A stretch of 64,000 nt of DNA from Scyliorhinus canicula. Taxonomy: Eukaryota. Positions within the stretch are counted from its first letter, which is position 1. Each line of letters begins with the position of its first letter. The translations under genes and the position numbers were made by a program. Location: assembly GCF_902713615.1 (NCBI RefSeq), contig NC_052153.1, forward strand, positions 51,190,763 through 51,254,762, in the 5' to 3' direction. Below the pieces are notes generated by a model, which worked only from the letters and a program-made list of their open reading frames with translations, did not search any database and was not told where the DNA came from. Below, piece by piece: positions 12,465-23,441 of this stretch.

Positions 12465-13289
12465 GAACTCTCCGGCGCCGGGGTTTTGGCGGGGGCGGGA
12501 ATCGCGGCGTGCCGGTCGGCGGCTGCTGGCAGCGGCCCCCCCCTCCCCCCGGTGATTCTCCAGCCCGCGATGGGCCAAGTGGCCACCCGTTTCTGGCGGA
12601 TCGCGCCGGCGTAAATCACAACAGGTCCTTACCGGTGGGACCTGGCTCCACGGACGGCCTGCAGAGTCCTCGGGGGGGGGGGCGCAGGGGGATCTGGCCC
12701 CCGGGGGGGTGCCCCACGGTGGCCTCGCCCGTGATCGGGGCCCACCGATCCGTGGGCGGGCCTGTGCCGTCGGGGCACTCTTTCCCTCTGCACCGGCCGC
12801 TGTTAACCTCCGCCACGGCCGGTATGGAAAAGAACCCCCCTGTGCATGCACCAACTCACGTTGGCTGGCGGATGCCCTTCTGCGCCGGTTGGCGTGGCGC
12901 CAAACATTCCGGTGCTGGCCTAACCCCGAAGGTGCAGAGGAGAAGGCGGCCCGACGCCGGAGTGGTTCATGCAACTCCTCGGCGCCGGAGTGGCCCGCCC
13001 TGCTGGTTTCCGGAGAATCCCGCCTCGAGTGTTTCACGCCAACGTCAACGGGCCTCTTGGCCCAGTGATTCTGTTGCCCACAGGGGGCCAGCGCGGTGCT
13101 GGAGTGCTCTGCACTGCTCCAGCTGCCATATGCGGCCCTGTACTGCTCACGGTGGGTCTGCGCGCGTGCGGCTGGGAGCGATTCTCTGGTCACCGGAGAT
13201 TTGTGTCCCGGCGTCGGATCGGCGTCGCGGGCCGTCTCAGCGTCATCTCCGATTCTCCGAGCAGGGGTGGGTTCGCAGAATCCCGGCCC
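12465..13289. mobile_element. Two nested GC-rich MITE pieces (12465-13025 and 13026-13289)
   Basis: Two right-hand TIRs (ggagaatcccgcc and gaatcccggccc); similar to the copies at 39332 and 11577. Confidence 0.75.
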
Positions 13290-13745
13290 AGAACTATAGT
13301 AATCTGTTTGTCCCTTAACTGCCCTCTGAAATGGCTTTGCAAGCCACTCATTTCAAAGGCAATTTGGGATGAGCAGAATTGGTGGCCTTACCAATGACAC
13401 CCACAACCCATTCAACAAAGTTTATTTTATAAAATGTAAAATCTCAATAAATATATTTTTTTACAAATGAAACTTTGTAGGGAAGAAGTTCCCTTTCCCA
13501 GATGTATTGTGGCAGAATGGAGGACTGTGTGGATCCAGCTAAAGTTAAAGTGGTTTTGGAGATATTGATGCTGCCTGATGTAGCAGGAACCCAGTGACTC
13601 TTTGGCTTGCTTACTATCGGAGTAAGTTTCTCCTGCATCTGTTAGATATAACAAAGCAACTCAGAGACTTAACACAGGATAAAGAATTGTTTTTGGGTTA
13701 ATTGCAAGAATTGGCACTGCAAATGAAGTGGTCACCAACACACCA

Positions 13746-13968
13746 GGCGGGTGGCACAATGGTTAGCACTGCTGCCTTACGGAGCTGATGACCCAGGTTC
13801 AATCCTGGCTCCAGGTCATTGTCTGAGTGGAGTTTTCACATTCTCCCAGTGTCTGTGTAGGTCCTACCCCCACAACCCAAAGATGTGCAAGGTAGATGGA
13901 CTGGACACACTAAATTGCCCCTTAATTGAAAAAAAAAATGAATTGGGCACTTTAAATTAATAAAAAAC
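13746..13968 (+). mobile_element. HE1-like SINE, short A-tailed subfamily
   Basis: Same subfamily at 17850-18063, 38090-38308, 41265-41455, 45280-45498 and 49735-49957 (all -) and 63099-63310 (+). Confidence 0.8.
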
Positions 13969-15392
13969 AATACACCAGTCCTTGGGAATTATAATCTCAA
14001 AGTAGAAGTTAGTTTACAATGCAGTGCATCTTAATCTGCGTTTGGAGTAGTATTGATCCAAAATGCACAGCCAGTCTTGTATGTATCAAGCACAACTCAG
14101 TAAAGGCAACAAGCGTATAGATCTAGAAAATATTTCTAGTGATCCTGTACATTGTGTTGATTTTGAAGATTACATCCAAGGCTGGGACATAATGAATAAT
14201 GAAACGGATCATCTGTTAGAATTAATAGTAGCACACCATTAAATAGTGCGCCTCAGAGACTTCAAAGAATGATGTTAAGATGGAAGTCTTCCAGATGTTA
14301 ATACCTATGATTTTTCTTGTGATGTAGAAGAAATTGACTCTCACGAATTACTTGGAGATTCATGCTGGCATAAATGTAATCATGCTGCAATGGATGATTC
14401 GGTTCAGAAGTAATTCCAGATTATTATTTGACAAAGCTGGCCTAGGATCAAGTCAGAGATACCCAACTTCTTAGACCTTTACTTTATCTTCCTAGTTGAA
14501 CTAACTTTCTAAGGAGATTTAATATTCAAAGGACAGCAATTAATGGTACCCGCTGTATTGCGAAAGGAATTAATGTCAATAGCTCATTCAACATACATTG
14601 ACACCAAAGATTGGACTTGAAGAGTCTGCGACTGCCTCTACCAGCCTAGGATGTCAACAGAATGTAAACACACATTGCAAAGTGTGATATCTCTTAGGCT
14701 GATTAGAGTTCTCCAAGTAAGGAACCATTACTATGACACAAGATTATGGCTAGGCCTTGGTCAAATGTTGGGTTGATCTTTGATAATTACGTGGAGGTGA
14801 CCTTGACTGTAACTTTATAGAAGTAGCCAATCTCACTCGCAGTGTTCTGAGAGAACTTCAGCAGATGTTTGGAAGGTTTGGAATACCAGACATGATAGTA
14901 ACTCAGAATTTGCAGCCACAGAATTTGTTTGTCAAGAGATGGGGATTGAGACATGTGACATCATTACATCACTACCTGCAGTCCAATGGCAAAGTTGAGA
15001 ATGTCGTCATAACTATCAAATGACTCTTCATGAAATGCAAGGAGTCTGGTCAAAGTTTTCAGCTCTGGAAGATTGGCGCAACATACCGAATGAAGGAATC
15101 CATCACATAGGTGTATTGGTCAGAGGTGGGGCACACATTCTCCTTTAGTAGCCTGGCAATACAACAGAGGAAGGCACTTGAGTGTTGGCATGAAGCAATG
15201 TCAACAGTATTACTACAACAGGAATGCTAAATCATTTCAAGGAATGGTATGATACAAATGAAATTACCAGTCCAGAGTACAGGGATTGCTGGAACAAGCA
15301 CACCCGTGATGGGTCCAAGAAGTTACAATGTACAAGCCAGAGACTCACCTTGCCACAGGAATTGTGTCAGTTGATTTGTGCTGTTTAGTTAC

Positions 15393-15662
15393 TGATGTAC
15401 CATCAATTGAACGCGAGACGAGTTGCTGAACAAAAGTATGGCTTTAATCAGCTAGATGTTAGCCCTGCGGTCGATTACAGTAGAAGGACGACCGCCGGGC
15501 GTACTGGGTATTTATACCCTGCCCCGGAGGCGGGGTTAGCTCAGCCTTTCGACCAGTCGGGGAGCCGTCACATGACTGGCCTCAACCAACCGGTCGAGAG
15601 GCACATGACCGACCAGGGCCAATGGTAAGCCGGTGTTCTGCAATGCTAATCATACCACCACA
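15393..15662 (-). mobile_element. Solo LTR (270 bp)
   Basis: TG...CA termini, perfect 5-bp TSD GTTAC (15388-15392 and 15663-15667), TATA-like and ATTAAA motifs on the minus strand. Confidence 0.85.
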
Positions 15663-15791
15663 GTTACCCAGAAGCAAAACTCCAAAGACTGAAGACTTTC
15701 CTAAAATGCAGGTCCCCATTGGTCCTCTGAGTTGTCCACAGTCTCCATGCAAACAGAAATGGAAACACATGAAACACCTTTTAGTCAAGCA

Positions 15792-15963
15792 CCAATGATG
15801 GACTTTGCGAGCAACAACAGGAACATCAGCTCCACTGTGAGCTGCTCAGACACGAGGAAGGCCAGCGTCCAGCTCATTCGCAAGCTCTACGTACTGATGC
15901 AGAGCCTTTGGCCCCTTTCCAACGACATCTGCTTGAAGATGAAGCTTTCTTACTACGACGAAG
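15792..15963 (+). pseudogene. HORMA-domain (HORMAD1/2-like) coding fragment
   Basis: PMMDFASNNRNISSTVSCSDTRKASVQLIRKLYVLMQSLWPLSNDICLKMKLSYYDE matches the vertebrate HORMAD1 segment I recall as [57 protein letters not shown]. It ends at GAAG|GTAATT. Confidence 0.85.
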
Positions 15964-15971
15964 GTAATTTA

Positions 15972-16412
15972 CCTCGGTGCAGGCATCGATGAAGCACACA
16001 GAGTGCAGTACTACTCAGTAGAGAAGATGTTCATAAGAGGGTCATTTAGGAGTCCGGTAACAGTGGGGAAGAAGCTGTTTTCGAGTCTGTTCGTGCGTGT
16101 TCTCAGACTTTTGTATCTCCTGCCCAATGGAAGAAGTTGGAAGAGTGAGTAAGCCAGTGGGGTGTCTTTGATTATGCTGCCCGCTTTCTCCAGGCAGCGG
16201 GAGGTGTAGATGGAGTCAATGGATGGGAGGCAGGTTTGTGTGATGGACTGGGCTGTGTTCACGACTCTGAAGTTTCTTACGGTCTTGGGCCGAGCAGTTG
16301 CCATACCAGGCTGTGATGCAGAGAGATATGATGCTTTCTATGGTGCATCTGTAAAAGTTGGAGAGAGTTAATGTGGACATACCGAATTTCCTTCATTTCC
16401 TGAGGAAGTATA
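15972..16412 (-). mobile_element. Rex/Babar-type LINE 3' fragment
   Basis: ORF 16011-16304 contains LFQLLPLGRRYKSLRTRTNRLENSFFP, a typical Rex1/Babar RT C-terminus. Confidence 0.75.
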
Positions 16413-16729
16413 GGCAGCATGGTAACATAGTGGTTAGCACTGTTGCTTCACAGCTCCAGGGTCCCAGATTCGATTCCCGGCTTGGGTCACCGTCTGTGTG
16501 GGTTACCTCCGGATGGTCCGGTTTCCTCCCACAGTCCAAAGATGTGCGGGTTAGGTGGATTGGCCATGCTAAATTGCCCTTAGTGTCCACAAAAGGTTAA
16601 GTGGGGGTTACTGGGTTACGGGGATAGGGTAGATACGGGGGCTTCAGTAGGGTGCTCTTTGTAAGGGCCGGTGCAGACTCGATGGGCCGAATGGCCTCCT
16701 TCTGCACTGTAAATTCTATGATTCTATGA
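16412..16729 (+). mobile_element. tRNA-derived shark SINE (HE1/V-SINE-like) with (TTCTATGA)n tail
   Basis: A/B boxes, conserved core ggtttcctcccacagtccaaagatgtgc, CR1-type tail. Confidence 0.85.
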
Positions 16730-18452
16730 ATTCCAAGGCAGCGTCAGCCTCCATCTCCATTGAAAAACAATTTGTTGACGTAGTTCCTGCTTGTTATTGT
16801 ACGCTTTGCTATGATAAGTTTTGAAGTTCCTCTATACGTGTGTTTATTTTTTAAACTGAGGGGGAAGGATGTGATGCGAGACACACATTTGCTACAGGTG
16901 CACAGCATCTGGGTAATCATCATGTGATTCATCATGCGTCTCGTCAGGTGAATTCTTTATGTGCTCTCTCTCTTGTTTATGTGATCTGATAAGCAGCACT
17001 ATACTTGTAAGTCCTGAAACTTCTGTAAATTAATTTGTTATTTTATATTCAGAAAGACCTATCCAATTAGTTCCACATCCTGCTTTCTCCGTCGCCTTCA
17101 TTTTTTTTCTTTTCAAATAAATATTATCAATTCCTTTTTGAATGTTACGACTGAATTTGCTTCAGGCAGTGTTTCCAAATGACAACAACCGAGTGCGCAA
17201 AATAAACTCTCTTCATCTCCCACCAGGTTCTTGAGATACGTTCTTGCATAGTACTATTTTAAAGCCACAGTTTTCCTTATTAGCAAGGACAAGTTCTTGG
17301 AAAATGCCTGCAGCAACATTGTGTAATATGAATAATCTTTAATCAATAATCTTCAATAATTTGAGACAAGAGCTTGCAAATACTGGTGATTTAAAGGATA
17401 AGCTATTATCATTTTGGACTTTTTGATTTCAGATTTAGTTCACTTAATGGTACCTTCCCTGTTGCAAACTGGTAAACCAAGCAAAATAATTCTTTTTCCA
17501 GAGAATTATGATGAACCCAGAACCTTAAAGCCAACTAATGATGTTTCCAGTTTCAGGATGATTAGGCCATTTTTACTTGTCATGTTCTGTTTTAATTGGA
17601 TGACTGTTGCCAAAAAAAGAATTATGCAGTTCTTTGAAATTAAAGTCAAATCAATTCTTACCCTGAAAAGTAAAGACTGTTTGTATTTAAAAGGTCTCTT
17701 GTAGATCATAACAACTTTAATACATAGAGCATGGTTTATGGTTGTGGGAGGGTGGGGGTTGGAGTTGTCTCATTGGTCTGTGTCCAGATATCCAGGATTG
17801 CCAGGGCGCATTGACTGTTCCAAAACTCGGATAGTCCATTTTTAATTTTATTTAAAAAAATAAATTTAGAGTACCCAATTAATTTTTTCCAATTAAGGGG
17901 CAATTTATCAAGGCCTACCCTGCACATCTTTGGGTTGTGGGGCGAAACCCACACAAACACGGGAAGAATGTGCAAACTCCACAGGGACAGTGACCCAGAG
18001 CCAGGATTGAATCTGGGACCTCAGTGCCGTGAGACAGCAGCACTGCGCCACCATGCTGCCCCTAGGATGGTCCTCTTTAAAAAAAGTAATATTTTATTGT
18101 CACAAGTAGGCTTACATTAACACTGCAATGAAGTTATTGTGAAAAGCCCCTAGTCGCCACATTCTGCCGCCTGTCCGGGTATACAGAGAGAGAATACAGA
18201 ATTCTCAGCCGGTACAGGAATTGAACCCGTGCAGCTAGCCTTATATGCATTACAAACCAGCTATCGATCCCACTGAGCTAAACCAGCCCTCTTTATATGC
18301 CAATGCTGAGATAATGTAGTAATCCAGGAGAAACAAAGATAAAGGTTAAACCAAATTTATTTTAACTCCAAAGTAAAGCCACACCCGTGCCATATAATAC
18401 TAGTGTCCCAGCCCAGGACTAACAGGAACTCCCAGCCCTGGCCTGGGACAGT

Positions 18453-18643
18453 GGGCGGGATTCTTCGGTCCTTCAGCCCCGTGTTTCTCGGCCGCGCGCC
18501 ATTCGCTGGCAGCGGGATTCAATCTTCCCGCTGGTTGTCAATGGGTTTTCCCATTGTAGCCACTCCACACTGCCGGGAAACCCACGGGCAAGGGTGTGCT
18601 GCCGGTGGGAGAAGAGAATCTCAATGGCTCAAAAATTCCGGCC
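18453..18643. mobile_element. Short palindromic MITE with 3-bp TSD AGT
   Basis: The empty site GGGACAGTATTT is visible in the sister LTR near 28683-28694. Confidence 0.85.
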
Positions 18644-20179
18644 AGTATTTCAAAGGCCCGATACCAAGTCCCAGCTGGATGGTTTTCAGCCTGTTACCAT
18701 GGAAACCCATACTCAACAAGCCTACCGGGAGGATTCCTTCTCATCCTCGTGAGGATTATCAGATTCTCCACCCATTCCCCAGGTTGGGATCCTCCCCCTC
18801 ATTCCAGCAACCATGAGGCCGCCTGCGCCGCTTTGCAAATGGCCTGGAGTCCATCTTCAGTGGAGTTGGGTCTGGGGGCGTAAAGTGGACGGGGAATCGT
18901 CGTTTCCTCACTGAGCACCGAAGGGCCATTGGTGGGGGTTCTACCCCAATGTTGATTTCTGGCTGCAGATCCGCCAGCTCAGTTTCCATGTCGGAACCTG
19001 AGTCTTCGTCCTACTGGGGGACAACTCACAGGTGTATCATGGGTTCTAGGCTCTTGCCCAGTGGTAGATTCCAAAGATGTTGAGGGAGTCACCCCACCTG
19101 GAGGAATCTCTGCAGCTAAGGGTTCCCTTTTCCGACGATGGTCCACGCGCTTTTTTAAGGTCCTCTCCCTGGTTTTGAACTTGTATAACACAGGGCCAGT
19201 CTTCTCAACTACCACTTCTGGGATTCAAGAGGATCAATCTCCGAAATTGCAAGTATAGATGGTACCTCCCGACCTGAAAGTCCTATCAGGTCGTCAGGTG
19301 TCAAAATGTTTCCTTTGAGCCTCCTGTGTTGACTCCACTTTCCCACCTAGGTTGGGAAACAATAGACTGACCCTGGTCCGGAGGCATTGGCCCATCAGCA
19401 GTTACATTAGCGCAACCCACCGCCATGTGATGTTGTCCTGTAGTTGAAAAAGAACCGAGCCAGTTTGGTGTCGAGCAAGCTGGTGGTCTGTTTCTTCACA
19501 CCGCTTTTTGACGTTTGGAATGTCTGCTTGGCCAAGCCATTAGAAGATGTGTGGTGGGGCAGCATCCAAATGTACTTCATCATATTGGACTTCATGAATG
19601 CCTAGAAATTTCCCTGGAGAAAGGGGTCCCATTGTCGGACACGAGGACCTCCAGTATCCCATGAATGCAAAATGATTGCCGGAGTTTTTCTATAGTATCA
19701 CTGGAAGTTGTGGAGGACACCCGATGTATGTCCAAACATTTAGAATGGGCAGTGACCAAAATCAAAAACACTGAACCCATAAATGGCCTGGCGAAATCCA
19801 CATGTACCCATATCCAAAGCCTTCCTGGCCATTCCCATGGGTATAGCAAGACCGATGATGGGAACTTCTGATTTGCCTTACATGATGGATACTGTTTCAC
19901 CAAACGTTCAATGTTGGAATCAAGCCCGGGCCACCAGACATTGTTCCTGGTGAGCATCTTCATCTTGGAGACTCCTGTGAGACCACTGTGCAGCTCCTTT
20001 AAGATTGGGCACTGGCCAGGGCGCCCCCCATGCTGGATTCTTGGCATTTAAATAGGAAGGGCTTTAGGTCCTCTGTAGGATATCCTTCGATTCTGCCGCT
20101 TAGGATCATATGGCGTAGTTTCTCCAGTAATCAGTCTTTCTGGGTCCATATCTGGATCTGCCTGGTGGAAACAGGCATG

Positions 20180-20350
20180 GGGTGGGATCCGCCGCCCCAC
20201 TGCGCCACATTTCTGCCCCGACCGGTTGGCGGGATTCTCCGTTACGCCGGCCGGTCAATGGGGCTTCCCATTGTGGGGGAGCCCCACGCCGCCGGGAAGC
20301 CCCCCGGGCACTGGCATAACGGAGAATCATGCCAGCGGAGAATCACGCCC
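20180..20350. mobile_element. Short palindromic MITE with 3-bp TSD ATG
   Basis: ATG-gggtgggatcc...gagaatcacgccc-ATG; related copy near 44140-44305. Confidence 0.8.
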
Positions 20351-20479
20351 ATGGTGTCCAAATTTAAAGTCATGATGACCGTGACTATTCTTGGTGAGGT
20401 GGGGGGCGCGGGCTTGTGGGTAATGATAGGCGACTCAAGGTGTCAGCATTGGTTATGTGCGTGCTCAGGCGCTGCTCAA

Positions 20480-21941
20480 TGTATCATGGATTAGTCCCCA
20501 ACAGTTGCTAACGTAGCGGACAGAATATTTCATTGAATTTGCAAGACTGTAGGAAAAGATATTTCGCTCCAGGAGTGATTCCATGCACAAATATGGATAT
20601 GGTGTATTAAAACAAACTTTATTATTAAGTGTCTGAAAACTAACTTTAACATCATAAAGAAAATAGCTTATAATTACCAGTTGAACAATGCGCAACAGTG
20701 ACAATGAAACATCAACTCCTAACTGCTATCTTTTATCTCACCTCAAGCAAAACCCATTTCAGGCCAAAATCCACATTTAAGTACAATTAGCAGACCCGGG
20801 AATGCTAGCTGGAAAGTGATGTCTTGGATAAACTACTTTGAGAGAGAGATCCTTCAGGAAAGAACCTGCAGATTCCTGCCTCTGTCAAACTACTGTTAAA
20901 CCTGCTAGTTGTTTCAGAAACCTCTGTTCTGTTCACAGGCAAAATCTTTTTAACTTAACATATTTGAAGGAAACTGTTAGTTGTTTCACATACAGATATG
21001 GGCCGGGATTCTCCGAGCCCGCGCCGGCTCAAAGAATCGGATATGACGGCGAGACAGCCTGCGACACCGATCCGACGCTGGGACGCAATTCTCCACGAGC
21101 GGAGAATCGCCACCAGCCGCCCGTGCGCAGTTGACATGGCGCTGGTCGGGGGCTGATGAAAGAGGCCTCTGCGGCGATTCTCTGCGGTCGATCGGCCGTG
21201 CACGGACCCGCGGTGAGTAGTGGACCACGTACGGCAGCTGGAGCAGCGTAGCGCATTCCAGTGCTGTGCTGGCCCCCTGTGGGCAGCAGAATGGCCGGGC
21301 CAAGAGGCCGTTGATGCCGGCGTGAAACACTCCAGTATTTACGCTGGCGTCAACACTTAGCCGCGTTTTCAGAGAATCCAGACTGTGGTGTCTCCCCAGG
21401 ATGCAGTGCCAAGGTTCCCAGGTGCCAGAGGGAGTGAAAGGTGTCACCCTTCCCTGTCCATGGCCACCCAGGGGTCTCCAATGGTCTGGGAGACCCCCCA
21501 GGTGCCCTTACACCTGGTCCCTCAGGCAAGACGTTAGGTCCCAGGCACCGAGAGAATCTGGCAAATGCATATTTAAATGAGACAATTGGCTCATTTAAAT
21601 ATGCTGATCTGGATCTCGTCCATGGAGAGTGAGGTCCAGATTGTGATGTCTCATGAGGTTTGGTTGAGTTGTGCGAGAAGGTTTGAGTGTCGCAAATCTC
21701 GCGAGAGGCCTCTTGTGATATTCAATTACTTTGTCCCTCAGAAGCCTTCTTTACATAAACAAAATTCCATCAGGTGAGGCTTTAATTGCTCCTCTGTAGC
21801 CAAAGTGCTTGTTTTTTCTTGTAAACCAGGATTTAAAAAAATACTACTGCATCAGTCATACACACTAACCCAGGCTTTTAACCCTTACAGCACCAAATGC
21901 ATATAATACAATGTATATCTGAAATCCCTACATTCATAACA
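20480..21941 (-). mobile_element. LTR-like insertion (TG...CA) interrupting the Gypsy pol, itself carrying MITE pieces (21000-21720)
   Basis: The host reading frame (LLTAYKYAF|EQRLSTHITNADTLSRL) resumes across it; AATAAA on the minus strand near 20620; no clean TSD. Confidence 0.6.
21000..21383. mobile_element. GC-rich MITE
   Basis: gggccgggattctcc...gagaatcc; reverse complement of the 11577 family. Confidence 0.75.
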
Positions 21942-23186
21942 GAAGGCGTATTTGTATGCTGTCAACAAGAGTCCCCTTCGCTGAATCCGAGTCAAGGGGT
22001 GGGATTTCCTTGTCCTCCTTAAAAAAGCCCAACAGAGGTTTATGGTCTGTGATTATTGTAAAGTGTTGGTCTTAGTCGTATGGATGGAATTTCTTCACGC
22101 CAAATATCATGGCCAGACTCGCTTTTTTGATTTGGGCAGAGCATCATTCCGCATCTGCCAGGGCTCGTGACACATAACGCAATCGGTTGCTTGCATGTTA
22201 GTACTAGCAGTCTTGTGGGAACATAGTGTGCCAAGGTTTGGACGACAGCAGTTGTTGCTTCATTTATGTGAATACTTCATCCTGTGGTGCCTGCCATTTA
22301 ACAAACCATTTAGTGGTGCCATTAAGGTGGCATAATAATTGATGAGGCATAGGAACAACTTCAAATCTGTCATGTTTTGTGGGGCTAGCTCCTCTTTTAT
22401 GGCCTTCACTTTGTCCTCTACAGGGTGCAGGCCATCCTTGTTGACATGCCAACTGAGGTAAGTCACCTCACCCGCCTGAAACACAAACCTTTCCCGTTTG
22501 TGCGGACGCCTGCATCTGAGAATCGTCACGAACTTCCAAGTTTTTCTGGTGTTCTTTGTCGGTGGCTCTTTGATTAACACATCATCTAGGTACACTACCA
22601 CCTCAGGCAGCCCTCAAAAGAATATTTTTCATTACCTGCGGAAAAATGGCACACGTTGATGAGACTCCAAAAGGCAGATGAGTGTATTAATCCAACCCCT
22701 TTTGGGTGGTGGTGGTGACGATCTTCCTCGATGCTGTACACAGCTCCAGCTGGAGGAATGCATGGCTCATATTCGGCTTTGTAAATGTGAGGCCTCCAGC
22801 CAGCTTTGTGTGGAGATCTTTGATGCACGGCATGGGCTACTAGTCAAGGCGAGAGGCCCTGTTAATAGTCAATTTATAGTCTCCGCAAAGGCAGACCGAC
22901 CTTTTGAGTTTTAGTATAGGAACCACTGGTGTAGCCCATTCTACAAACTGTACTGGGCGTATTATGCCAAGGTCCCCCAGGTACCAAGTTTCGGCCTCTA
23001 CTTTGGTGAGCATGGTATAAGGGACAGGTTACATTCTGAAATATTTAGGCAGGGCCTCCGGTCCATGGAGAACTTTGCCCTGGTCCTTTGATCTTGCCAA
23101 GGTCCTTCTAAAACACTTTGGGATATTTATATAGAGAAATACAGCACAGAACAGGCCCTTCGGCCCACGATGTTGCGCCGAACTTT

Positions 23187-23409
23187 TGTCCTAGGTTAAT
23201 CATAGAATTTTGGACAATTTTTCATGGCCAATCCACCCAACCTGCACATCTTTGGACTGTGGGAGGAAACCGGAGTACCCGGAGGAAACCCACGCAGTCA
23301 CGGGGAGGATGTGCAGACTCCACACAGACAGTGACCCAAGTCGAAATCGAACTTGAGACCCTGGAGCTGTGAAGCAATTGTGCTATCCACAATGCTACCG
23401 TGCTGCCCT
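23187..23409 (-). mobile_element. Internally deleted HE1-like SINE inside the CR1 3' UTR, same orientation as the LINE
   Basis: On the minus strand: cttcTTAA-gggcagcacggtagc...ttctatga-TTAAcctagg, followed by the LINE tail. Confidence 0.8.
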
Positions 23410-23441
23410 TAAGAAGTTAACCTACACTCCCTTATTCTACC

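Larger units (their letters stand above)
4790..16870 (+). mobile_element. Heavily decayed old Gypsy element in pieces (gag/protease ~4790-5500, RT-connection ~13450-13740, integrase ~14090-15390, pol tail and PPT ~16730-16869)
   Basis: Degenerate CCHC knuckle (CNKCKRT) and protease-like RFQMNLGAQHNI; VDPAKVK..YYRSKFL; HYLQSNGKVE integrase motif; polypurine tract GAGGGGGAAGGA followed by TG at 16870. Assigning all pieces to one element is inference from their order and strand. Confidence 0.6.

Noticed and set aside
12438-13397. Multiple overlapping 120-290-aa ORFs in GC-rich patches (also near 4.1, 21, 31.6, 35 and 39.4 kb)
   Set aside because: They lie within GC-rich MITEs, contain no domain motifs, and are expected from stop-codon scarcity.
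15732-15992. Functional nested HORMAD gene
   Set aside because: No other HORMAD exons seen, no pyrimidine-rich acceptor, embedded in a dead retrotransposon, and apparent substitutions at conserved positions (G to W, F to S).
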